A stretch of 46,207 bases of DNA from Bacillota bacterium (GTDB taxonomy: Bacteria > Bacillota > UBA4882): the NCBI GenBank assembly GCA_050942765.1, contig JBMNNY010000001.1, forward strand, positions 1 through 46,207. Reading direction: 5' to 3'. Made by a program: the position numbers and the translations under genes. The notes beneath the pieces were generated by a model. The model ran no database searches, was not told the DNA's origin, and saw only the letters and a program-made list of their open reading frames with translations. This document shows, in pieces, positions 19,243-28,284 of the stretch (position 1 is the first letter of the stretch; every line of letters starts with the position of its first letter).

Positions 19243-20559
19243 TTGCCGGTGGGACCAACGCTGCGCATGATTTTTGCAGAATACGGAGAGCTGTTTTTTG
19301 GCCGGGGGCTGCCGGCATTTCTGTTGGTAATTTGCCTGACAGCTTGGGTTATTTCCCGTAACCGCATTTTGGAGCGCCAGATGATTGGACTAAACCGCCG
19401 AAGTTTGATGGCCGAAGTGCTTGAAAATTTGGCGGCTGGATCGATTGGCGGTTTTCTGGGAGCGCTGGTGTTTGTTTTTCTTGGGATTAGTGTCGATCTG
19501 ACTTCCTCGGCAATCACGGCACTCTGGGCGGCCGTGATCATCCTGGTCATGGTTGATCTGCGTTTTGTATGCGTTTCATATGCCGGGGGAATTGTGGCGC
19601 TGCTGCACTTACTCACCGGTTGGCCGCAGGTGAATGTGGCGGGGCTAATGGCACTGGTGGCGGTGCTGCATGGCGTTGAAGCGCTCCTCATTATACTTTC
19701 CGGCGCCAGAGGCGCAATCCCCATCTATCTGAAACAGCAGAATCAAGAGCAGCTGATTGGCGGATTTTCATTGCACAAGATCTGGCCGATCGCGGCGGTG
19801 ATCATTATGGGTCAGCGCAGCGCAGGTCCGGGATTGCTGGCCGCGCCAGCGCCGGGATGGTGGCCGCTGATCAAAAGTGATCTCGTACCGGCACCGGGCA
19901 ATGCCCTTACTTATATGATGCTGCCGCTCATGGTGGTCTTGGCTTATAGCGACTTAACCGTTACGATGCGACCGGGCGCAAAAGCGCGCCGTTCAGGGGG
20001 ATTACTGGCCCTTTACAGTGCAATTTTGCTGGCCATTTCAATTTTAGCCGGGGTAAGCAAGAGTATGGGGACGTTTTTCTCTTTTCTGGCTGCCATTTTC
20101 GGAACACTTGGGCATGAGTGGGTTATGGTGGTTTCGCGCCGCTTTGAAACGGAACGCCAGCCAATTTATCAGGCAAGCTCAGCGGGGCTGGCGGTTTTGG
20201 ATGTCATTGACGGCTCTCCGGCGGACAAAATGTGCATCACCAGCGGCGATGTTCTGACCAGCATAAACGGGCGGCTGGTGCGGACCCGACAGGACTTGGC
20301 TGAAGTCCTGGCACAAAAACCGCTATTGTTACACGTTTCGTTAATTGGTAAAGGTGGAGAGGAACGTCATGGAGAATATAGCGGATCATTCAATTATTTT
20401 GGGATTATCCCGGTACCAGGCCCCGGTGATCAGGTTTTTGTTGAAATTCGCCGGGGTGGTCTGTTGCGCAAGCTGGTCGATTGGCTGCGGGAAGGGAAAG
20501 GCGCAGGCGGGGGGCTGGCGGCAAAGGGGGAAGAAGATTGTCCTTCTGGCAAAGAATAA
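19243..20559 (+). CDS. Polytopic membrane protein with a C-terminal PDZ domain (possibly MinJ-like)
   Basis: There are several TM segments and then a PDZ block (VLDVIDGSPADKMCITSGDVLTSINGR). The TTG at 19243 is 7 nt after GGAGGG, and the ATG at 19267 is an alternative start. Its position after ftsEX-ctp resembles B. subtilis minJ (recalled from memory). Confidence 0.55.
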   Translation: MPVGPTLRMIFAEYGELFFGRGLPAFLLVICLTAWVISRNRILERQMIGLNRRSLMAEVLENLAAGSIGGFLGALVFVFLGISVDLTSSAITALWAAVIILVMVDLRFVCVSYAGGIVALLHLLTGWPQVNVAGLMALVAVLHGVEALLIILSGARGAIPIYLKQQNQEQLIGGFSLHKIWPIAAVIIMGQRSAGPGLLAAPAPGWWPLIKSDLVPAPGNALTYMMLPLMVVLAYSDLTVTMRPGAKARRSGGLLALYSAILLAISILAGVSKSMGTFFSFLAAIFGTLGHEWVMVVSRRFETERQPIYQASSAGLAVLDVIDGSPADKMCITSGDVLTSINGRLVRTRQDLAEVLAQKPLLLHVSLIGKGGEERHGEYSGSFNYFGIIPVPGPGDQVFVEIRRGGLLRKLVDWLREGKGAGGGLAAKGEEDCPSGKE

Positions 20560-22316
20560 AGCACTATTGGCAGCAATTGGATCATCAGTTGCGCCAAGCC
20601 GCTATCATTTATCTTGTTTTTGCAATTTGTGTGATTATGCTTCAGATATTTTTCAATATTGGCGAGATCGCCGGGTCGGGTGCGGATGTGGCTGAGGCCT
20701 TTGCAGTGCCAGGGGTGTCGGGTGTGCTTGGTGCGCCGGGGGCGTATGGTGCGTCGAGGTTGTATGGTGAGCCGGGGACGCCGGGTGTGCCTGGCGCGGA
20801 GAACGGAGAGGGGTTAGGGGTCAGAGAGCACCTGGGACGTGAAAAGGGCTTGGAGGCTGAGGGGCGGACCGAGGCCGGAGCTACGCACAAAGTGGATCTG
20901 ACCGACTTATCTCTCGCATTGGATCAAGAAATAGTTGCTAAGCTGGGCCTGGATAGGCGCGATCCGGGGGTGGCGATTATCCCCGCCCGTCATTCCTGGC
21001 AAATTGCTGTCAGACGGACCGGGAAAGTGGAATGGCATTGGGCGGAGTCTAGTCATCAATATGATCTGTCTGAGACTTTTGATCAGAAGGTTTCTGCCAA
21101 TCAGGTGAATTCTCTTAATCAGGAGAATTCTGCCGCCGGAAGAAGCATTGAGAATCTGCGAGCATCTGTACAGGCAGTTACAGATCACTGGGCGGATGGC
21201 AGCGGCAGAGAAGTAGCCGGGCACATAAACAAAGAAAACGGTATGATGATTCTAAATTTGGAACTTAAGCTGAAACCGGCTGAAGAAGAAGGCGCGCCAC
21301 TGCTGACCATGAGTAAATTGCAGATCAGGTTGCGTGAAACTCCAGCGGCGGTGGCAGCAATGACGGCAGTGATTGAAGGGGCGGCGGCGGACGGTATTGC
21401 GGGTGACGCAGACGGTGCAGGAGGCGCCGCCAGCACAAACGTCGCAAACCCGGGTTCCAAAACCGAGGATGGTGCCGGAGTAAAGTCCGATATTGGAAAC
21501 GTACCCGGGGCACACGATACGTCAGCAGGCTCAGGCACATCAGGAGCACCAGCATCAGGAGTGCCAGATGCATCAGGCGCGTGGGGAACGCCTGGAAAGA
21601 TTCCCATTCCAGGGGGCAGTGTTGGTGATCAGCCAGGAAGGTCGGCCCGGCCTAAAATATGCATTATCTTAGATGATGGAGGAGAAGCAGCACCTGATGT
21701 GGCAGAAGAGTTTTGGAAGCTTGGTTCTAAATGGCCTCTGGCGTTGGCAGTTTTGCCATATGCTCCATACAGTCGCGAACAGGCTGAGACGGCTAAAAGC
21801 CTCGGATTTGTAGTAATGCTGCACTTGCCGATGGAACCAATTGGCACCGAGAACCCGGGCGCAGGAGCGATTTTTTCGGAGCTTTCGGATGCAGAAATTC
21901 GCGAGCGCGTGCAAGAGGCTCTGGCAGCAGTCCCACAGGCGATCGGGGTAAATAATCATATGGGTTCCAAAGCCACATCTGATTCACGGGTAATGAAACT
22001 GGTCCTGTCGGAAGTCAAGCGCAATAATTTATTTTTCTTGGACAGCGTAACGATTGCCAGTTCGGTGGGTTATCAGGAAGCGCTGCGCATGGGCGTGCCG
22101 ACAGCCAAAAGACACGTCTTTCTGGACAATGTGGCGAGCGTCGAAGCCGTGCTGAAGCAGCTAGAGGAGCTCGTCCGTGTGGCACGTAACAAGGGAACGG
22201 CAATCGGCATTGGTCATATAAACAGGATCGCCACTGCGCAGGCGTTGGCAATTTTCCTGCCGCGACTTGAGGAGTTGGGGATCGATCTGGTTCCGCTGAC
22301 GGAGATTATTAAGTAG
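20538..22316 (+). CDS. Divergent polysaccharide deacetylase family protein (YibQ-like) with a TM anchor and a long low-complexity linker
   Basis: C-terminal blocks are ICIILDDGG, MLHLPMEP, GVNNHMGS, FFLDS and AIGIGH. The TTG at 20538 is 7 nt after AAGGGGG, and the ORF is open from 20481. Confidence 0.7.
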   Translation: MSFWQRIKHYWQQLDHQLRQAAIIYLVFAICVIMLQIFFNIGEIAGSGADVAEAFAVPGVSGVLGAPGAYGASRLYGEPGTPGVPGAENGEGLGVREHLGREKGLEAEGRTEAGATHKVDLTDLSLALDQEIVAKLGLDRRDPGVAIIPARHSWQIAVRRTGKVEWHWAESSHQYDLSETFDQKVSANQVNSLNQENSAAGRSIENLRASVQAVTDHWADGSGREVAGHINKENGMMILNLELKLKPAEEEGAPLLTMSKLQIRLRETPAAVAAMTAVIEGAAADGIAGDADGAGGAASTNVANPGSKTEDGAGVKSDIGNVPGAHDTSAGSGTSGAPASGVPDASGAWGTPGKIPIPGGSVGDQPGRSARPKICIILDDGGEAAPDVAEEFWKLGSKWPLALAVLPYAPYSREQAETAKSLGFVVMLHLPMEPIGTENPGAGAIFSELSDAEIRERVQEALAAVPQAIGVNNHMGSKATSDSRVMKLVLSEVKRNNLFFLDSVTIASSVGYQEALRMGVPTAKRHVFLDNVASVEAVLKQLEELVRVARNKGTAIGIGHINRIATAQALAIFLPRLEELGIDLVPLTEIIK

Positions 22317-22516
22317 GTCGTGCACATACCTGTGAGAAACTGTGCACAACCTGTTAATTCTGTGGATAAAAATCGGATATTTTGCGGATAAACCACGCTT
22401 GAACTGGGGAATATCTGTTTGTAAAACCGGTGGGACAAGCTAATTAAAGCGCTTTAGACATTCGGCTTGTTGATCCTTGAAGTTTCACTTTATTTCCGAT
22501 AGGATATAAAGGTGGA

Positions 22517-22569
22517 ATTAGAGTCCAGAATTTAGAACCCAGAATTAGGGTCCAGAATGAGAGTTCAAT
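22517..22569. repeat. Degenerate ~13-nt tandem repeat (ATTAGrGTCCAGA-like, 3-4 units) just upstream of tktA
   Basis: The units are attagagtccaga / atttagaacccaga / attagggtccaga / atgagagttcaat. Confidence 0.8.
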
Positions 22570-22582
22570 AGTTACATACAGG

Positions 22583-23431
22583 ATGGTGAAGAACATGCTA
22601 ACTTGTGAAAACGAAAAGGAACTGGCGCTGCGGGCTCGGAATATGCGTTGCCATATTATCCGAATGCTTGAGGCAGCGGGTTCTGGCCATACCGGCGGGT
22701 CGTTATCAATAGTTGAAATCATGACATTGCTTTATTTTAAACATATGAATGTCAGGCCGCAGGAGCCACACTGGCCGGATCGGGATCGCTTTGTATTGAG
22801 CAAAGGGCATGCAGCGCCGGGGCTTTATGCTGCTCTGTGCGAGGCAGGCTTTTTCCCGAAAGAGGAGCTCCTGACACTGCGCAAAATGGGGGCGCGTTTG
22901 CAGGGCCATCCGGACAGCAAAAAGGTTCCGGGCGTTGATATGTCGACCGGCTCTTTGGGACAAGGGTTGTCGGTAGCAAATGGCATGGCGCTGGGGCTGC
23001 GTCTAAGCGGCAAAGCGGCCAGGGTATATACCATTCTGGGTGACGGCGAAAGCGAAGAAGGTCAGATTTGGGAGGCGGTTATGACCGCCGCGCATTATAA
23101 GCTGGACAACCTGACCGCATTTCTGGATTATAATGGGCTGCAGATTGATGGCGAGGTCACCAGAGTCAAATCTGTGCTTAATCCGGGAGCGCGATTCCAG
23201 GCGTTTGGCTGGAATGTGCTTTATGCGGATGGTCATAATCTGAGACAATTGGATGCTGCCATTGAACTGGCTAAGCAGACCAAAGGTGTCCCGACAATTA
23301 TCATCGCCAAAACGATTAAGGGCAAAGGCGTGTCATTTGCCGAGGACAAGGCGGAATGGCACGGAGTGGCACCGAAACCGGATGAAGCGGCGAAGGCACT
23401 AGAAGAAATCATGGCCGGGGGGTGCAAATAA
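22583..23431 (+). CDS. Transketolase, N-terminal (thiamine-diphosphate-binding) subunit
   Basis: Motifs GSGHTGGSLS, DRFVLSKGHA and ILGDGESEEGQIWEA are present, and the ~280-aa length is typical of the split form. Confidence 0.9.
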   Translation: MVKNMLTCENEKELALRARNMRCHIIRMLEAAGSGHTGGSLSIVEIMTLLYFKHMNVRPQEPHWPDRDRFVLSKGHAAPGLYAALCEAGFFPKEELLTLRKMGARLQGHPDSKKVPGVDMSTGSLGQGLSVANGMALGLRLSGKAARVYTILGDGESEEGQIWEAVMTAAHYKLDNLTAFLDYNGLQIDGEVTRVKSVLNPGARFQAFGWNVLYADGHNLRQLDAAIELAKQTKGVPTIIIAKTIKGKGVSFAEDKAEWHGVAPKPDEAAKALEEIMAGGCK

Positions 23432-24471
23432 TGGCGGAGAAAATCGCAACCCGTGACGCATATGGTAAAGCTTTGGTAGCGCTGGGCGCCAAGAATAATG
23501 ATGTTGTAGTATTGGATGCCGATTTATCGAAATCGACGAAGACGGCCAAGTTTGGCGAAACATATCCGGAGCGCTTTTTCCAGATGGGTATCGCGGAGCA
23601 GGATTTGATGTCTACTGCGGCGGGATTGGCAACAGTCGGCAAGATTCCTTTTGCCAGCACTTTTGCGATATTTGCAACCGGACGAGCCTTTGAGCAGATT
23701 CGTAACAGTATTGCTTATCCGCATCTCAATGTTAAAGTGGCTGCCACGCATGCCGGTATTACTGTTGGCGAAGATGGCGGATCACACCAGTCGATTGAAG
23801 ATATTGCCCTGATGCGGGTATTGCCGGGCATGACCGTGATCGTGCCGGCGGATGGTCCGGAGGCAGAACAGGCAGTTTTCGCGGCGGCCCAACATGATGG
23901 TCCGGTATATTTGCGCTTCGGGCGCGGTGGCGTGCCGGTGATTCATGGAGCGGACTATAAGTTTGAAATAGGTAAGGCGGAAGTGCTGCGCGATGGTGGC
24001 GCCGGCGGTGCTGGTAGTGGAAGTTGCGGTTGCGGATGCAGTTGCGGCAGTGGATGCGGGACTGGCAACGACGGTGGCGCTGGCAGCGATGTGACAATTA
24101 TTGCCTGCGGCGTAATGGTGGAGGCGGCGTTGGCTGCAGCCGATACGTTGGCAGCGGAACACGGTATTGCAGCGCGGGTTATCAATATGGCGACCATCAA
24201 ACCGCTTGATGTAGCGGCAGTTAAGGCGGCAGCCTTGCAGACCGGCGCGATCGTCACTGCTGAAGAACACTCGGTAATCGGCGGTTTAGGCGCAGCGGTG
24301 GCGGAATATGTCGTCGGTGAGGGCGACTGTCCGGTACCGGTTGAGATGGTTGGCGTGAAGGACGTCTTCGGACAATCGGGCACCCCGGCCGAGTTGATGA
24401 AAGCATACGGGCTGACGGCGGCCGATATTGTTGCCGCGGCGAAGCGTGCGGTGGAGAGGAAGAGAAAGTAG
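23431..24471 (+). CDS. Transketolase, C-terminal (pyrimidine-binding) subunit, carrying a Gly/Cys-rich insertion
   Basis: Family motifs RDAYGKAL, FQMGIAEQDL and EDGGSHQSIEDIA are present. The start ATG overlaps the tktA stop (TAATG). An atypical 31-codon segment at 23995-24087 is discussed in the findings. Confidence 0.9.
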   Translation: MAEKIATRDAYGKALVALGAKNNDVVVLDADLSKSTKTAKFGETYPERFFQMGIAEQDLMSTAAGLATVGKIPFASTFAIFATGRAFEQIRNSIAYPHLNVKVAATHAGITVGEDGGSHQSIEDIALMRVLPGMTVIVPADGPEAEQAVFAAAQHDGPVYLRFGRGGVPVIHGADYKFEIGKAEVLRDGGAGGAGSGSCGCGCSCGSGCGTGNDGGAGSDVTIIACGVMVEAALAAADTLAAEHGIAARVINMATIKPLDVAAVKAAALQTGAIVTAEEHSVIGGLGAAVAEYVVGEGDCPVPVEMVGVKDVFGQSGTPAELMKAYGLTAADIVAAAKRAVERKRK

Positions 24472-24486
24472 GAAGTTCGGACATTA

Positions 24487-24514
24487 GCCAGGGTGCAGAA
24501 GCCCTGGCTTTTTT
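24487..24514 (+). terminator. Rho-independent terminator of the transketolase operon
   Basis: GCCAGGG pairs with CCCTGGC, followed by TTTTTT. Confidence 0.8.
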
Positions 24515-24574
24515 CGTACTTGCGGGTCTACTAAAGGTGCTTGTGACTTAGCTGAAGCGGAAAATTGTATTGAG

Positions 24575-24600
24575 CCCCGTCAAAGACGGGGTTTATTTTT
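24575..24600 (+). terminator. Second plus-strand terminator-like hairpin
   Basis: The hairpin is CCCCGTC-AAA-GACGGGG, followed by TTTATTTTT. Confidence 0.6.
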
Positions 24601-24623
24601 CGAGGGCATCGTCGTTGGTGAGC

Positions 24624-25424
24624 TTATTTTTTCGGCGAAGCACCTGCTCCGGCAAATAACCCGGAAAGAGTAGCATTGGATGCTAAAAAAGCTTGATGGA
24701 ATTTCATCGGATGTGAGCCAGGCAGCCCCACGACCGCCTTGGTGCGCGGCGAAAGCAGGGCAGCATCTTTCAGTAAGTGTGCACCTATGCCAGCCCATAA
24801 AGCTGCAATAGCCAAATGGCTATTTCTAACAATGAAACTGTGCATCTTATCCCAGATACTGTGATGAGGAGTCGAAAGGCGATCGTAAGACAACAAAATC
24901 AACTCGGTTATGAGACGTAAAGTGAACTCAGTGCCTAATCCCAAAAGGATAGAGTGGGAGAAGATATTGCGATGGCCTCCGATTCCGGCTTTAATGTCCA
25001 AATCCGGCAATCCCCCCTCAAGGTCAGATCCTCCGGCGGAGAAATAAAAAATCAGACAAGTCATTGATAAAGAAATTACTTGCTCAATTCGCTTTTCCCG
25101 TGGCAGGGCCATAAATGCCCCAATCTGCTGGCGAGCCTTTTCTGGAAGATCATGAATACCGGAAAGAATTCTTTGACAATCCTCGGAAACCGACTTGCTG
25201 AAGCCATTTTTGGCATAGCGTTTGGCGGTTCCTGTTGCGGAAACCACAAAACGACTAATAGCTTCTATTTTCGTTTTGGCTGTGGCGTAGCCGGCTTTTC
25301 TAAGCGCCCTGAGCAACAAACACATCCATTCCCGGGATGATAATTGCTGACAGGCCTGCAATAGCTCGCTGGCAATTTTCCTTAGCATTAGCACATTTTG
25401 GGCTGACAAAGTGACTCCGGTCAT
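24624..25424 (-). CDS. Hypothetical protein with a YdjM/DUF457-like metal-dependent hydrolase motif
   Basis: GLPDLDIKAGIGGHRNIFSHSILLG resembles the LPDIDH...GHRGFTHSLL motif of E. coli YdjM, which I recalled from memory. GAAGGTG lies 7 nt upstream of the ATG. Confidence 0.4.
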   Translation of the reverse strand: MTGVTLSAQNVLMLRKIASELLQACQQLSSREWMCLLLRALRKAGYATAKTKIEAISRFVVSATGTAKRYAKNGFSKSVSEDCQRILSGIHDLPEKARQQIGAFMALPREKRIEQVISLSMTCLIFYFSAGGSDLEGGLPDLDIKAGIGGHRNIFSHSILLGLGTEFTLRLITELILLSYDRLSTPHHSIWDKMHSFIVRNSHLAIAALWAGIGAHLLKDAALLSPRTKAVVGLPGSHPMKFHQAFLASNATLSGLFAGAGASPKK

Positions 25425-25686
25425 TGGGATTGCACCTTCTTTGTGGAGGCATAGAAGCGTTTCCGCAATAGCGGAAAGGGCTCAAGAGTATTATAAAATG
25501 TTAAAAGTATTCGCGGTTTTGGCGAAATTTCCTGCTTCTGGGAAGTCTTCATCAATTCGCGCACAAGAAATGAATATGGCGCCTGCTAATGGATGGCGAC
25601 TGCCATGTTACTTCAACACATCACAATGGCACGCTTTTTGCTCATAAAAAAGTTGTGATAAGATGCAGGAAAAGGTCGTCGTTAAT

Positions 25687-25700
25687 CGAATATATGTTCG
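25687..25700. promoter_or_regulatory. Candidate LexA operator (Cheo box) within a possible uvrB promoter
   Basis: CGAATATATGTTCG matches the Firmicute consensus CGAAC-N4-GTTCG at 13 of 14 positions. It lies between TTAATC (25682-87) and TAAAAT (25704-09), 117 nt upstream of uvrB. Confidence 0.5.
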
Positions 25701-25816
25701 ATGTAAAATGTGCGGATGTGCGCGCAGGATATTCTGGACATGATATAATGAAAATCCGGAAGAGGTACACGGGCATATAGTCTCCACGTCGAGAACGTTT
25801 GGGAGGTTGTGAGGAT

Positions 25817-28009
25817 ATGCCGCAATTTCAGCTGGTAGCGCCATATGAGCCGCGTGGCGACCAGCCCGAAGCTATTGAACAGCTTTGTGAAGGGCTCAAA
25901 AAAGGATACAAACATCAGGTGCTGCTGGGCGTGACCGGGTCCGGTAAGACATTTACCATGGCCAACGTTATTCAGAAGATTCAAAAACCTACGCTGGTAC
26001 TGGCGCACAATAAGACGCTGGCCGCACAGCTTTACAGCGAGTTTAAGGAGTTTTTCCCGCATAACGCGGTCGAGTATTTTGTCAGCTATTACGATTATTA
26101 TCAGCCGGAGGCGTACATCCCTCAGACTGATACCTATATTGAAAAAGACGCCACTATTAATGAAGAAATTGATCGTCTGCGTCACGCAGCCACTTCATCA
26201 CTATTTGAGCGGCGTGATGTCATTATTGTAGCCAGTGTTTCATGTATCTACGGCCTCGGTTCGCCGGAAGATTACAATGCTCTGACTCTGTCGCTTAAAT
26301 ATGGCGACTTCAGAGATCGGGACAAAATTTTGCGCAAACTGGTGGGCATTCAATATACCAGGAACGATCTCGGATTCGGCCGCGGCACGTTCAGGGTGCG
26401 CGGGGATGTTATTGAGATCATTCCGGTTTACGGTGAGAATATCATCCGAATTGAGTTATTTGGAGACGAAGTTGATCGAATCGTGGAAGTTGATCCGCTG
26501 ACCGGCGAAATTCTGCGTAAGCTGGACGAAGTCAAGATCTATCCGGCCAGCCATTATATTACGAGTGAAGAAAAGAAGAAGCGGGCGCTGGAGACGATTG
26601 AGGCGGAGCTGGAGGAGCAGCTGGCTTACTTTAATAGTCAGGGAAAGCTGCTGGAAGCGCAACGGCTGGAGATGCGCACCCGGCATGATCTGGAAATGAT
26701 TGCCGAGGTTGGTACGTGCAGTGGTATCGAAAACTATTCCAGGCATTTGACCGGGCGTGCTCCGGGAGAAGCGCCGGCTACTTTATTGGATTATTTCAAT
26801 GATGATTTTCTGTTATTCATAGATGAATCGCACGTTTCGGTGCCGCAGGTGGCGGCGATGTTCGGGGGCGACCGTTCACGTAAGTTGAATCTAGTCGAGC
26901 ACGGGTTTCGGCTGCCGTCTGCCCTCGATAACCGCCCGCTGACACTGGGTGAGTTTGAAAAGCGTATTAACCAGGTAGTTTATGTTTCTGCAACGCCAGC
27001 ACCGTATGAAATGTCGCGCGCTGAACAAGTCTGCGAGCAAATCATCCGACCGACCGGATTGGTTGATCCGGCGGTGGAGGTGCGGCCTGTACAAGGGCAG
27101 ATCGATGACTTGATTGCTGAAATCAAAGTGCGCGCGGAACGCAATGAACGCGTACTGGTTACCACCCTTACCAAGAAGATGGCGGAGGATTTGACCGATT
27201 ATCTTCAGGAAGCAGGTATCAGGGTGCGCTATATGCACTCTGAGATCGAAACCCTCGATCGGGTGGTCATTATTCGGGATTTGCGCCTTGGCAAGTTCGA
27301 TGTGCTGGTCGGAATCAATTTGTTACGTGAGGGACTTGACCTGCCGGAAGTGTCATTGGTGGCCATTTTGGATGCTGACCGAGAAGGATTTCTGCGCTCG
27401 GAGACGTCCCTGATTCAGACGATCGGCAGAGCAGCCCGTAATGTTCAGGGCCTTGTAATAATGTATGCCGACAATATTACGGATTCGATGCATAAGGCTA
27501 TTAATGAGACCGAGCGCCGGCGGCGCAAGCAGATGGAGTTCAATGAAAAGCACGGCATAACTCCTGAGACTATTCATAAGGAAGTACGTGCTATTATCCA
27601 GGCAGCGGAAGCCGCTGAAGAGAAAGTGGCATATCAGGTGACTTCTAAACCTGGTATGACCTGGGAAGAGATTGAAGTGGTCGCCAATAGGCTGGAAGAG
27701 GAGATGTTGGCGGCCGCCAAGGACCTGGATTTTGAGCGTGCAGCCAAGCTACGCGACGAAATGCTGGAATGGCGGAAACTGCTTCCGTCCACGGATGAGA
27801 AGATTCGTCCGGCAGGTGGCGGCAGGGGTGCTGGACGTGCCGCGGCGGGTGTCGGGAGTACTGGAAGCGCCGGTGGCGCCGGTGGTGCCGGCGGTGTTGG
27901 TGCTGGTGGCGTTGGTGGTGCTACGGGCACAGCGGACACAGCGGACTCAGAGCGTAGGCGCGGGTATGGACGCGGACGCAGTGGCGGTCGCGGACGCGGC
28001 CGGAAATAG
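25817..28009 (+). CDS. uvrB: Excinuclease ABC subunit B with an atypical Gly/Arg-rich C-terminal extension
   Basis: Motifs [25 protein letters not shown] and the UVR domain ([11 protein letters not shown]) are present. GGGAGG lies upstream of the ATG at 25817. Confidence 0.95.
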   Translation: MPQFQLVAPYEPRGDQPEAIEQLCEGLKKGYKHQVLLGVTGSGKTFTMANVIQKIQKPTLVLAHNKTLAAQLYSEFKEFFPHNAVEYFVSYYDYYQPEAYIPQTDTYIEKDATINEEIDRLRHAATSSLFERRDVIIVASVSCIYGLGSPEDYNALTLSLKYGDFRDRDKILRKLVGIQYTRNDLGFGRGTFRVRGDVIEIIPVYGENIIRIELFGDEVDRIVEVDPLTGEILRKLDEVKIYPASHYITSEEKKKRALETIEAELEEQLAYFNSQGKLLEAQRLEMRTRHDLEMIAEVGTCSGIENYSRHLTGRAPGEAPATLLDYFNDDFLLFIDESHVSVPQVAAMFGGDRSRKLNLVEHGFRLPSALDNRPLTLGEFEKRINQVVYVSATPAPYEMSRAEQVCEQIIRPTGLVDPAVEVRPVQGQIDDLIAEIKVRAERNERVLVTTLTKKMAEDLTDYLQEAGIRVRYMHSEIETLDRVVIIRDLRLGKFDVLVGINLLREGLDLPEVSLVAILDADREGFLRSETSLIQTIGRAARNVQGLVIMYADNITDSMHKAINETERRRRKQMEFNEKHGITPETIHKEVRAIIQAAEAAEEKVAYQVTSKPGMTWEEIEVVANRLEEEMLAAAKDLDFERAAKLRDEMLEWRKLLPSTDEKIRPAGGGRGAGRAAAGVGSTGSAGGAGGAGGVGAGGVGGATGTADTADSERRRGYGRGRSGGRGRGRK

Positions 28010-28232
28010 GTGGAGCATGTACACACAGGCTACACAGAAGACCCACAAGAGATGCACAAAAGGTGCGCATAGCGTGCACATATGATACACATTAGGTGCA
28101 CATGAGAAGCGCATAAGGTGCGCATATGATCTTCCGGGAGCTCGCCACAGGTTCACAAGGATAGCAATAGATAACAGATAACAGCAGATACACAAGGGCT
28201 GCACGGATGGTGCACAGGTAATTCACAGGTAG
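28010..28232. repeat. Cryptically simple tract (GTGCGCATA / TGCACA / CACAG words) between uvrB and uvrA
   Basis: Examples are ...ggtgcgcatagcgtgcacatatgatacacattaggtgcacatgagaagcgcataaggtgcgcatatga..., and later ...gatagcaatagataacagataacagcagatacac... Confidence 0.8.
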
Positions 28233-28284
28233 CGTGATGCAATGGATCACCGTTCAGTGGAGACGTTGGAGGTTAAGTTTTTGT

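Noticed and set aside
25741-25749. Extended -10 (TGATATAAT) as an alternative uvrB promoter.
   Set aside because: It is plausible, but it has no -35 and it does not overlap the Cheo box. I cannot choose between it and the TTAATC-16-TAAAAT promoter without 5'-end data, so I did not list it as a feature.
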